Shown here: one piece after another, positions 12,824 through 21,747 of the stretch
Position numbering within the stretch: position 1 is the stretch's first letter
Layout of the letters: each line of letters begins with the position of its first letter
Notes under the pieces: model-generated
What the model saw: the letters and a program-made list of their open reading frames with translations, nothing else
Database searches by the model: none
What the model was told of the DNA's origin: nothing
Made by a program: the position numbers and the translations under genes
Source of the DNA: Candidatus Obscuribacterales bacterium
Lineage (GTDB): Bacteria > Cyanobacteriota > Vampirovibrionia > Obscuribacterales > Obscuribacteraceae
DNA: 64,000 nt
NCBI GenBank assembly: GCA_965228855.1
Contig: CBDDIJ010000005.1
Location: 1,056,001-1,120,000 of the forward strand
Direction of reading: 5' to 3'

Positions 12824-13297
12824 TCACATAGAAAATTTCGATATGTGCGTGCCGACTTTCCTCTCCGGCCAGTCATACACGATACAGTCGCGTAGTCCGC
12901 ACTTTCTCATTACGCTAAAGACCCGCTCTGACACAACAATGGCGATTGCCGATTCTGCAGAACCGATATCGTCTTTGCCGCCCTCGCCGACAATCTTGAG
13001 CCAGTAGAAACTCGGCAATGAATGATCTGGAATATGTGATGTGTGTTCTTCGTATGCCTCTGATTCGGTCACGATCACATCATCAAACTCACATCCTGTC
13101 GCGTTGATGTCCTTGAGCGCATCTTTCAACTCTTGCGTAACAAGGTAGACACCACTGCGCTCGACGATACAGTCCGACGGATAGTCATCAAAAACGTAGT
13201 GGACCTTTTTGAAGATTTCTACGTTATCCACGATCTCACTCACTGATTGCTCACCGATCCAGCCCGGTACCATCGCCTCTAGGCTCATAAACTTCAT
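12824..13297 (-). CDS. Hypothetical acidic protein, resembles polymorphic-toxin immunity proteins
   Basis: HYVFDDYPSD..YLVTQELKDAL..TGCEFDDV..FYWLKI..DDIG..VVSER pattern; GGAG RBS and TATAAT upstream. Confidence 0.7.
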   Translation of the reverse strand: MKFMSLEAMVPGWIGEQSVSEIVDNVEIFKKVHYVFDDYPSDCIVERSGVYLVTQELKDALKDINATGCEFDDVIVTESEAYEEHTSHIPDHSLPSFYWLKIVGEGGKDDIGSAESAIAIVVSERVFSVMRKCGLRDCIVYDWPERKVGTHISKFSM

Positions 13298-13389
13298 GGT
13301 ATGACTGCTCCGGTTCTTGGTTATTTTGCAATGTCAGGATCGTACGAATGACCTCAATTATACATTCCTGATTAAAGACATCAGAATGC

Positions 13390-13420
13390 AAAGGGCGCGG
13401 TGGGTAGGTCCGCGCCCTTT
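13390..13420. terminator. GC-rich terminator hairpin downstream of the SDR gene
   Basis: AAAGGGCGCGG-9 nt-CCGCGCCCTTT. Confidence 0.65.
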
Positions 13421-13543
13421 GTTTATTTACTTCAGCGGCTGACGAATTTGACCCGCTGATGATGCGTTTCGTTAATTGCAAATCTCAATAGAGCACCATT
13501 TATGGTGGCAAGTTTGTTCGCCACCGATTCTCCAACTTCGAGT

Positions 13544-14284
13544 TTATCTAAAGCCGCCGCCTGCGTTGATTAACTCGCCGGTGATCCAGCCTGAATCATC
13601 AGAGGCCAGAAAAACAACAGCCTTTGCGATATCGTCTGGCTGCCCCACTCTGCCCAATGGAGTTTGCGCAACAGCGCCTTTTGCGAAGTCGCTATGTATA
13701 AAATCTTTTGTTCCTTCGGTTTCAACGAGACCAGGATTCAATGCATTAACTCGAATTCTGCGATCGCCCAGTTCCCGTGACAAGACTCCTGTTATCACGT
13801 CGACGGCACCTTTGGTTCCTCCATATACAGCATAGTTTGGAGGCGTAATTCGAGAGACTAAAGAGCCGATGTTTATGATGCTAGAACCTTTACCTAGATG
13901 CTTTACCGCGGCTTGCGTCATCAACAAAACACCAAGCACGTTGACATCGAAGATGCGCCTGTAATGCTCTTCCGTGACTTCCTCGATGGATTTCTGCTCA
14001 TAGACACCGGAGTTGTTTACGAGAATGTCCAGACGTCCGAAATTTTCGATTGCTGCGTCAACGATTGCTTTCGCATCATCAGCTTTTGATACGTCACCTT
14101 TCACTGCGACGGCCTTTCCACCGGCTGAAGTGATCGCATCAACAATCTTGTCTGCACCTTCTTTGCTTGAGGCGTAGTTGACAACGACTGCTGCGCCGGC
14201 TGCACCAATCGCCTTTGCGATTCCTGCGCCAATGCCTTTTGAGGCGCCTGTTACCACGGCAACTTTGCCTTCCAATTTACTCAT
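13544..14284 (-). CDS. SDR family oxidoreductase (glucose 1-dehydrogenase/FabG-like)
   Basis: TGASKGIG, NNSG, YGGTK, RVNALNPG, LGRVGQPDDIA. Confidence 0.95.
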   Translation of the reverse strand: MSKLEGKVAVVTGASKGIGAGIAKAIGAAGAAVVVNYASSKEGADKIVDAITSAGGKAVAVKGDVSKADDAKAIVDAAIENFGRLDILVNNSGVYEQKSIEEVTEEHYRRIFDVNVLGVLLMTQAAVKHLGKGSSIINIGSLVSRITPPNYAVYGGTKGAVDVITGVLSRELGDRRIRVNALNPGLVETEGTKDFIHSDFAKGAVAQTPLGRVGQPDDIAKAVVFLASDDSGWITGELINAGGGFR

Positions 14285-14335
14285 TTCTGCTTCCTTTAGT
14301 GACTATAAATCCAGCTCGTATCTGCTAAGCGAAAT

Positions 14336-14364
14336 ATAATAGACCGGTCGTCTAGTTCTGTCAA
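14336..14364 (-). promoter_or_regulatory. Sigma70 promoter of the SDR gene with a TetR-type operator
   Basis: TTGACA-17 bp-TATTAT on the minus strand; palindrome TAGAC-CGGTC-GTCTA (14340-14354) lies over the spacer and -10. Confidence 0.75.
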
Positions 14365-14448
14365 GGTTGTGCATCGAGGACCGGTCGGAACGATCAAACT
14401 CAGCCGCGCGAACTTAGCCGATTGCGGCTTGCATCTCGATCCAAACGC

Positions 14449-14477
14449 TTGACAAGGGGCGATTGCTGGGTTAACTT
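14449..14477 (+). promoter_or_regulatory. Sigma70 promoter for the 14539 gene
   Basis: TTGACA-17 bp-TAACTT, about 60 bp before the ATG. Confidence 0.6.
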
Positions 14478-14538
14478 ATGAGTCTCGCTTAAACTTGCTC
14501 AAACCTTACTACTCGTTTCTATTTGGGGACCACATTAG

Positions 14539-16992
14539 ATGGTCAACGAAAGCCAGGGCTCGGACAAAGTTGTCCAGCCGAAGGGAGATGCTACTCCCGA
14601 CTCACCTGCTGCAACTCTTTCCCAGAAAACGTGGGAGCAGATGGATACTGCCGGGTCACTTGGCCCAGCGAGTAGAACCATCGACGAACCTCCTAGTTTG
14701 GCGTTCGACAACTCCATCTATAGAAGCGACCAGGTAGCGTTGACCAACAAGCTCCTGAGTCCAGCACCTGAGCGTACTGACGCGCCTGACAAACCGTTAA
14801 CCGGAGCGATCGAGACAAAGGACCTCCAACCTCTGACGAGAGAGGGCATTGATGCAACCAAGGACATCGCTCTCGATCCGAGCACCTCTGACCGTGATCG
14901 GTATCGTAGTCTGCAAGTTCTGCTCAGCAACGATGTAAACAAATTCGAAAATGATGGTCAGCAATACGAAATTCAAACAAGCTCGAACCTGGATAAGCGT
15001 CAAATTTCGCTGATGCGCGAAAATCCGGATTCAACAATGCACGACGTATGGAGTGCAGACGACTCGGTGCTGAAGCCCGGCTTCGAAGCTGTTCGTAATG
15101 AAATACCGACGCGCTCCATTGTGCGTCCTGGTGACGAGAAGGTTCCTCCGGGCACTCCACCGGATGAGCGATTAGCACCGAAGGTTCCAGGCGACCCGGT
15201 CACACCACCGGAACGAGCGCTCCCGGGCGATCCGGCCACTCCACAAGACCGCACAAATCCTCGTGAAGATTTACGCCCTCAGGACAACCAACCGGAGAAA
15301 ACTAAAGAGCAGAAACTGTTTGATCCTTCGTTAAGTCCAGAAGAAAAAATCAAAATTGCAAAGGAACTAAATCAGGAAGGCAAGTCGAAAATAACCGGTC
15401 CTGATGGGAAGACTTACGACATCAGCGTACAAAAAGTTGGCAATCGTGAGTTAGTTGCCGTAATGGGCAAGGACGAAAAGGGGCATTCAAAGCCACTTTT
15501 GCGAGGTATCGTCGAGAAAGACGGGACGGTTTCAAAACAACGAAATTCAAAAGGTCAGTTTGTCGATTTCCAAAGCGATTGGGCGAAGAAAAATGCGCCG
15601 GACAATCCTCTGGTAAAACATGAGCCGAAACAACCCGACCAGCCGACTCCTGCACGCCCAGAACAACCGCCGGAAGCAGATCCTGAAAAGCCTCCTGTTA
15701 ATCCGGTCTTGCCAGAGCAGCCGGTCAAGCCGGAAACGCCTCCTGTAAATCCTGAAGATCCTGCCAAGCCGGAAAAGCCACCGGTGAATCCTGAGGAGCC
15801 CACAAAGCCGGAAAAACCTCCGGTGAATCCGGAGGAGCCTACCAAGCCGGAAAGGCCACCGGTGAATCCCGAGGATCCTGCAAAACCGGAAAAGCCGCCG
15901 GCCAATCCCGAAGAGCCCGCGAAACCGGACAAACCTCAAACACCAGAGCGCCCGCCGGAAACTCAAGAGCGTCCGGAACAGACCGATCGACCTCCCGAAG
16001 TTGAGGAATCCAGAAAGCGATTGCGCGAAAGCGCGGAAAAATCGATTACCGATCCCCAGGCTCGCCAAAAATTCCTCGACGACATGGACACCTTCGAAAA
16101 GAGGGCTCGGGAACAGGGGATATCGCCCCAAGAAGTAGCGCGCACAATGGATCAGACAAGGCGTCTTCTGGACGCCCCTCAGGGTGCAACCTCTGCTGAA
16201 AACCGAATTTTAGCGGCTCGCGGACTGGCGCACCACCTGGCGAATCCATCGGATACGAACCAGGGAGCGCACAACACATGCGGACCGACGTCGCTCGGTG
16301 AGCGGACCTTGACCCGCAATCCTTCTAGAGCCGCGGAGATGGTTGCGAGTGCTGCAATAGACGGGCAGTGGACTTCGTCAGATGGAAAAGTAATTAAAAT
16401 CCCTCCGGGTAATTTGACTCCAGGAGCTGAAGAGCGCACGTTCCCACCAACCGGTGATCACCGAACATTTGCGACCCAACTGATGAACGCGACGATAATC
16501 AATGACGTCACCCAGCACCGAATGCCGCCAGAATACTACGTCCAGGGTCGACCGACCGGTGATGGTGACACAGGCGAACGAGTTTACTACGATGGACAAA
16601 AACCAGAAGACGGCAGGCGATACAACGGGCACACTGGTCCGGAATTGGCGGAGGAAGCTCGACGTCTTAACGGAGATCGCAACGCCGTATTACAAGATCC
16701 AGCAACCGATTCCGGAGCGGATGTCGTGCCGATTCGCAATGAGCAAGATTTGAAAAACGCACTTGAGGCTGCGAAGAGAAACGGGAATATGCCGCTCATA
16801 GTCTTCCTGGATGCAGCCGATCCGAGTATAAATGGCAACGGAACGGGACCAAGACGGTTCCACTTTGTCTCGATAACAGGCTATGATGCCAACACTGGAC
16901 AGGTCACCGTATCCAATCAGTGGGGTCCGCAGCATGACAAACAAATTCCTGCTTCGGATTTGTATCGAGCAATAAAACGTCGGGAAGTATAA
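14539..16992 (+). CDS. Large Pro-rich repeat protein with C-terminal papain/calpain-like cysteine peptidase domain
   Basis: NQGAHNTCG (Gln...Cys), FHFVSITGYD (His), VTVSNQWG (Asn) in clan CA order; no Sec signal peptide. Confidence 0.8.
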   Translation: MVNESQGSDKVVQPKGDATPDSPAATLSQKTWEQMDTAGSLGPASRTIDEPPSLAFDNSIYRSDQVALTNKLLSPAPERTDAPDKPLTGAIETKDLQPLTREGIDATKDIALDPSTSDRDRYRSLQVLLSNDVNKFENDGQQYEIQTSSNLDKRQISLMRENPDSTMHDVWSADDSVLKPGFEAVRNEIPTRSIVRPGDEKVPPGTPPDERLAPKVPGDPVTPPERALPGDPATPQDRTNPREDLRPQDNQPEKTKEQKLFDPSLSPEEKIKIAKELNQEGKSKITGPDGKTYDISVQKVGNRELVAVMGKDEKGHSKPLLRGIVEKDGTVSKQRNSKGQFVDFQSDWAKKNAPDNPLVKHEPKQPDQPTPARPEQPPEADPEKPPVNPVLPEQPVKPETPPVNPEDPAKPEKPPVNPEEPTKPEKPPVNPEEPTKPERPPVNPEDPAKPEKPPANPEEPAKPDKPQTPERPPETQERPEQTDRPPEVEESRKRLRESAEKSITDPQARQKFLDDMDTFEKRAREQGISPQEVARTMDQTRRLLDAPQGATSAENRILAARGLAHHLANPSDTNQGAHNTCGPTSLGERTLTRNPSRAAEMVASAAIDGQWTSSDGKVIKIPPGNLTPGAEERTFPPTGDHRTFATQLMNATIINDVTQHRMPPEYYVQGRPTGDGDTGERVYYDGQKPEDGRRYNGHTGPELAEEARRLNGDRNAVLQDPATDSGADVVPIRNEQDLKNALEAAKRNGNMPLIVFLDAADPSINGNGTGPRRFHFVSITGYDANTGQVTVSNQWGPQHDKQIPASDLYRAIKRREV
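15682..15936 (+). repeat. Coding tandem repeat, 39 bp/13 aa unit (PEKPPVNPEEPTK-like)
   Basis: Five 13-aa units preceded by one 16-aa variant; many synonymous differences between units. Confidence 0.9.
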
Positions 16993-17006
16993 AGAGGGCA
17001 CGACCA

Positions 17007-17705
17007 ATGGACGGCGGCGACATTCCAAAACCTGCTAAAAATGATGTTGAAGTCAGAGTCGGCGGCTTTGAAGATCACTTCAACTATCCACGCGAAGGAG
17101 AGATTCTGGTGGCAGCTAACACCGGCGGGCAAACCCGACATGAAGTCGATGTTGCCGGCGTAAAGTCGGTTGAAGTTCCAAGCAACTGGTCACAAACAAC
17201 CGAGAGTTATCTGGGCGGTCGTGGCTTGATTTCGACCTTTTCACCGGGCGGCAACACTGATGTCGTATTGAGCGTTTTAGACAAAGGTTCCAGGCTCAAT
17301 CAGGATCAAACAAATGCGCTTGATGCTGTTCTAAATCTTGCCGATCACAACGGTCGTCCGCGAGTGCTACTGCCTTCACAGATTAAGAGCATTACTGAAG
17401 CGCTAGGCACAACCACAGTCGGAGACAACCAGTATACAAACACCGCCAAGCCTCCGGATCCGACCTCGCCGGTTTTCAAAATCATGTCGGCACAAGTCAT
17501 AACCGTGGATGGCAAGCCGGTCGTTGAAGTAGACGGTCAGTTCGTAAACGAAAACGGTCAGCGTGTTCGTGACTATATCGGCATCTTCGGCAAAGGGGAT
17601 GGCGGTCACGTCAATCAGATGTTTTTGCAATCCTCTTCAAAAGATGAGTACATCAAAGGCCGCAAAGTTTACAAGGACGCACTGCAGAGTCTTGACTGGA
17701 AGTAA
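17007..17705 (+). CDS. Hypothetical protein, possible PsbP/DUF1795-like fold, cotranscribed with the peptidase
   Basis: 14 bp after the upstream stop, GAGG RBS; SVEVPSNW..., ITVDGKPV..., C-terminal YKDALQSLDWK. Confidence 0.75.
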   Translation: MDGGDIPKPAKNDVEVRVGGFEDHFNYPREGEILVAANTGGQTRHEVDVAGVKSVEVPSNWSQTTESYLGGRGLISTFSPGGNTDVVLSVLDKGSRLNQDQTNALDAVLNLADHNGRPRVLLPSQIKSITEALGTTTVGDNQYTNTAKPPDPTSPVFKIMSAQVITVDGKPVVEVDGQFVNENGQRVRDYIGIFGKGDGGHVNQMFLQSSSKDEYIKGRKVYKDALQSLDWK

Positions 17706-17736
17706 TTGCCCTGAAGAAACTGCGATCTAGCAGTGC

Positions 17737-19644
17737 TCAGTGCTGTTCAGCGGGCTTCTCTTTTACAGACTGCTCGAACCTCGGCGAGTCGGCTTTTCGC
17801 ATATGGTAGAGAGCTCGCAGACTCAAAGAGGTGAGCAGATTTGGTGTTTCGCGAATCGGCATCTTCCCGTCTTGAGCCAGCGTGCGCGCACGACCAAGGA
17901 TGCCATCAACCTGGGCGGGACTGTGACCGGAGCCTTGCAACGCCTGACGCCCAGCGCTAGAGTCGAAATCGCGAACAAAACTGTCCAGCCTTGTGCGCGA
18001 TTCAGTTGACAAAGGTTTTCCGGAAAGACTGCTCATCAGGCGATCGTTGAGCAGGGAAACTCGGCTCTCCGTTTTACCCCAGGACGGCAAGTAATCCGAC
18101 GCATACTTTGCGGGTCTAATCGGGTCAGCAAGATCGATGTTGCTCATCTTGCGTTCGCCGGGGTGCGCAATCATATTGTGCGCATGGTTATCCCACTGCC
18201 CGAGTAGCATTTTCTGCAACCAAACCTGCTCATTCTGCCGCATAAGCTCAGGATCACTGCGCAATGCTCGGGCAGCAGCACGGTCGGTCGTGATACCGTC
18301 TCTCTGCCAGGCTGTCGCACGCAGATGGTCTTCGAACGAGCGGCCGGCGAGTTCCTGAACATATCCTCTACGCATCGCCCCATTGATGGAAGCTTCGGTT
18401 TCCGCCACCGTAAGTGCTCGAGTATCGGCGCCCATCGCACGTTGCATGCGGTAGTCCAACAGCTCGTTTTGCATACGCATGTGCATCTCCGGAGTGTCCG
18501 TCACCCGGAAGACTACTTGCTTCGCCGCGCCACCAGGTGAATTGACCTCTGCGAGCCAGGCGACATCGTTGAGCTGTTTTTTGATTGTGAGAGGCGACTG
18601 TAGTTCTCGTTGTCTTGCATCGAGTTCGTTGAAACGCGCGACACGCTCAGGAACTGGTTGCTGATGTTCACCACCGGCGGTGCGGTCAGACGCTGGAGTC
18701 AAACGCAAACGCTGCATGCGGTCGAAACCGCCAATACCGCCAGCCAAACCGTTTACAAGCATCGACGCTCCACCGCGCGCCATCACTTTCGAGAAATCGA
18801 ATTGCTCGCCAGCTTTGTTTTGGCGCATGAGTTCTTCGCCCGCGCCACTTCCCAATCCATAGATTCCGGCACTTGCCACCGTGGGCAGTGCCGGATGACG
18901 ATACAGAGCGCCCTTCGTGGCATAGTTCAACCGCCCAAGAGTAAACTCGGTCGCTCCGAACAAAAGCGCGTCGGTAGCGACTGCCCGCGGATCGCCCGCG
19001 GCAGATATTGTACTCATCACACCACGGCCTACGGATAAATCGCCGTTAGCATCCTGCCATGTTTGGCGCGTCAGTCCCACATCAGTGACCCGGCTCACCA
19101 CTCCAAGTCCGATACCTTTAATCGCCGGAGAAGCTTTCCAGGCACCAAGCTCATTAAGTGTGTGCTTCATGGCAAAACCTTTGGCGCCCCCGAGCGTAAA
19201 GTCGGTCAACTGAGTACCTAGCGGGTCATCCGGCGACGCCTGGTCGGCGGCGTAAACGCCAACAGTAAATGACACAGCCCGTTTGCGGTCGAGAAAAAGC
19301 GGTACAGCCTTCACGAACATCTTGCCGTATTTTTCAACTTCGTCGTGCGAATGAGACTGAGCCTCCGATTCGCCGAGCATGACCCGCGAGAATAGAGAAA
19401 CCGTCTCATCAGCAGCGTGGTCTAAATACGTGCGTGGATGGTTTTCAGGCGTGACCTCGAGCTTCTGGTTGGGCGCCTGAACTTGCATAAAGCCGGCGCG
19501 CTGCATGCGCTCGCCCATAGGCAATTCGTTATTTGGTCCTATTTCCGGGTTATCGCCCACGAATGTCTCAGCTCGAATCAAATTCCGGACTATATATACC
19601 CTCGAAGAGTCGGAATTTCCCGCCTGGTCTAAAAATACAGACAT
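17737..19644 (-). CDS. Hypothetical protein: Gly/Ala-rich helical region plus C-terminal PI3/4-kinase/HipA-like domain
   Basis: LGQWDNHAHNMI (DxHxxN), NIDL, GYVQEL hinge-like motif; start codon uncertain. Confidence 0.7.
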   Translation of the reverse strand: MSVFLDQAGNSDSSRVYIVRNLIRAETFVGDNPEIGPNNELPMGERMQRAGFMQVQAPNQKLEVTPENHPRTYLDHAADETVSLFSRVMLGESEAQSHSHDEVEKYGKMFVKAVPLFLDRKRAVSFTVGVYAADQASPDDPLGTQLTDFTLGGAKGFAMKHTLNELGAWKASPAIKGIGLGVVSRVTDVGLTRQTWQDANGDLSVGRGVMSTISAAGDPRAVATDALLFGATEFTLGRLNYATKGALYRHPALPTVASAGIYGLGSGAGEELMRQNKAGEQFDFSKVMARGGASMLVNGLAGGIGGFDRMQRLRLTPASDRTAGGEHQQPVPERVARFNELDARQRELQSPLTIKKQLNDVAWLAEVNSPGGAAKQVVFRVTDTPEMHMRMQNELLDYRMQRAMGADTRALTVAETEASINGAMRRGYVQELAGRSFEDHLRATAWQRDGITTDRAAARALRSDPELMRQNEQVWLQKMLLGQWDNHAHNMIAHPGERKMSNIDLADPIRPAKYASDYLPSWGKTESRVSLLNDRLMSSLSGKPLSTESRTRLDSFVRDFDSSAGRQALQGSGHSPAQVDGILGRARTLAQDGKMPIRETPNLLTSLSLRALYHMRKADSPRFEQSVKEKPAEQH

Positions 19645-19818
19645 GAGCAGTTTTTCATCTCCGTCCGCGCAACTATTTTGGACCCCCGCTGTATTAGGGT
19701 CAGTACCGCAACCAATCGATGACCACCGCGATGAGTGGTAAACATCGTGCTGACGTTCAGTCGGTCGTGTGCCGAGATTTTATTTTTAGAGTTTGCATTC
19801 AAAGAAAGAGGTTTCATC

Positions 19819-20553
19819 ATGAGAGTTTCAATAAAAACCGCACTCTGCATCAGTCTTCTTCTACCACTAATCGGTGCGTCCATTGCGCCGGCGGAAGCGT
19901 CCAGATGGCGAGCACGCGGACAACAAGGCGCTGCGGGCGCATATAATCAGGTCGGTCAATACGGACAACGAGCCGGAGCTCGCGCGATTCGCTACGGTCA
20001 GGGCGGCGCAGGTGTTAACGCCTCGACATGGCAAGGCCCCAACGGAGGTTCATTTCGGCGCGGCGGGATGAATGCTTACAAGAGTGGTGTCGGAGGTGTC
20101 CACGCCTCCGGTTCGCAGGGAGCCGGTCCCAATGGAGGCAACTATCAACGCACGGGTGTGACGGCTGCCGGGCAACAAGGCGCATATCACAACAGTCAGT
20201 TTAGTGGAACATCGGCAGCGGGCAGCACGCTGGACAGACATTCGACGGGCACAGCTATAGCCGGTCAGGGAGCCAACGTCGACAAAGGTTTCAACTATGC
20301 AGGTGCAAACGGTTCAAGCGCTTCGGGTTATAAAACCAACAACTACGATGCAACCACAGGTAGTGGCAGCTCAACGCGCGGACGTGACTACAACACGGCT
20401 AGCGGAGAAAGCTACGGTTACGATGCTAACACCACGTATCAGAAAGGCCAGGGCTTCAGCACCACGATCGACACGCAGAACAAGCAAGATTACACCATCG
20501 ACTACAGTAAAGGTTCAAAGCCGGTAGTCACACCGACTGGAACGATTAACTGA
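19819..20553 (+). CDS. Secreted Gly-rich protein with GPNG-type repeats
   Basis: GAGG RBS, ATG 19819, signal peptide ending AEA; repeated GPNGGS/GPNGGN/GANGSS turns. Confidence 0.85.
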   Translation: MRVSIKTALCISLLLPLIGASIAPAEASRWRARGQQGAAGAYNQVGQYGQRAGARAIRYGQGGAGVNASTWQGPNGGSFRRGGMNAYKSGVGGVHASGSQGAGPNGGNYQRTGVTAAGQQGAYHNSQFSGTSAAGSTLDRHSTGTAIAGQGANVDKGFNYAGANGSSASGYKTNNYDATTGSGSSTRGRDYNTASGESYGYDANTTYQKGQGFSTTIDTQNKQDYTIDYSKGSKPVVTPTGTIN

Positions 20554-20590
20554 CAGTCTGGTTGCAAAACAGTTTTCGCGCACACACGCT

Positions 20591-20627
20591 CAAAACACCG
20601 GCTTACGCGAGCCGGTGTTTTGTTTTG
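20591..20627 (+). terminator. Intrinsic terminator
   Basis: CAAAACACCGGCT-TACGCG-AGCCGGTGTTTTG then TTTTG. Confidence 0.85.
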
Positions 20628-20769
20628 TCAGCATTCGTCAACCCCCTGACTGTTGAATACAACAGTCTATCTCGAAGCCGCAAATGTTAGTTTCATAAAG
20701 CGCTGAAACTCAATACGGAAAAGTACATCACACATGCCAGCTCTGCGAAGCAGAGCCGATTCGTAGCGT

Positions 20770-21729
20770 GTGAGTGTGGGGGTGTCTATGCTGCTCGATG
20801 CTTTAGCGGGTCCACCGCAAAAACGTCCACAATCTGATAGTGGTATCGCACCGCCACCATGGCTGAACGGGGGTGAGACGGTTGAAGAGATTAGGAGCTA
20901 CAGCACCTGCATTCGACATGGCAGATTAAGAGCCAATCTTTGCGAGCGCTGCCTGGCGGGATACGCTAGACATCTCCATAGCAGTGAAACTCTCGAACGA
21001 TCAAATTTTCCAGGTCTGGCGAATGCCGAAATCCAAATACGGTCGAGGTTGTCGAGAACGGCAAAACTAGTGAAGAAGCACATGCCAGCAGCGCTGCGCC
21101 TCTCGAATGCGTTGCTCAAAGCATCATGGGTAGTCATAACCGTTATAGGACAGATTACTTACTCTTGTTTCGTATGCCTCATTCTGATGTGGTTCGTTCA
21201 ACCTTCGTTAACCCCCGCTGAGCAAGAACGACGCAATGCGGAGCGAGCACGCAGACGAAGAGAGGACGACGCCTGGCGCGAACGCAGGGACGCGGACTAC
21301 GCGGCTCGGCGAGAAGAACAAGAAGCCTGGGAAAAACAGCGAGACGAGGATTATCGCAAGAAAGTAGAAGAATACTACAAGTGGGACGAAGAGAGAATCG
21401 CTCTGGCGGAAGCTGCCGCCATTGCAGAGAAGATGACGCATTCGAATCAGTCAGTGATAAACGATGCCTGGAGGCTGGACGATCTGAAGGAGGAAATTCA
21501 GACGCCGGAGCTTGCCAAAGCAATTGAGATCATGGAACAACATGCCGTCGACGAGCGCGTCGAAAGAGCATGTGATAGCATACGAGGCGCCGAGAGCATT
21601 CTAGACGACTTCAGACAGCGTGATACCACAGATGGTTCTCGACGAGTCAAGTTTTTCGGGGCGCTCGACGATGCAGAAGATCAAATCAATGACGCGGACG
21701 ACGCAAGGAAACGATGGCGTCATCATTAG
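20770..21729 (+). CDS. Hypothetical membrane-anchored protein with charged coiled-coil
   Basis: 319-aa ORF, central hydrophobic segment followed by an E/R-rich helix. Confidence 0.65.
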   Translation: MSVGVSMLLDALAGPPQKRPQSDSGIAPPPWLNGGETVEEIRSYSTCIRHGRLRANLCERCLAGYARHLHSSETLERSNFPGLANAEIQIRSRLSRTAKLVKKHMPAALRLSNALLKASWVVITVIGQITYSCFVCLILMWFVQPSLTPAEQERRNAERARRRREDDAWRERRDADYAARREEQEAWEKQRDEDYRKKVEEYYKWDEERIALAEAAAIAEKMTHSNQSVINDAWRLDDLKEEIQTPELAKAIEIMEQHAVDERVERACDSIRGAESILDDFRQRDTTDGSRRVKFFGALDDAEDQINDADDARKRWRHH

Positions 21730-21747
21730 TTCGCAGCTATATCACCT

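Noticed and set aside
15547..16131. Repetitive minus-strand ORFs (Gly/Ser/Phe or Arg-rich)
   Set aside because: Antisense shadows of the Pro-rich coding repeat.
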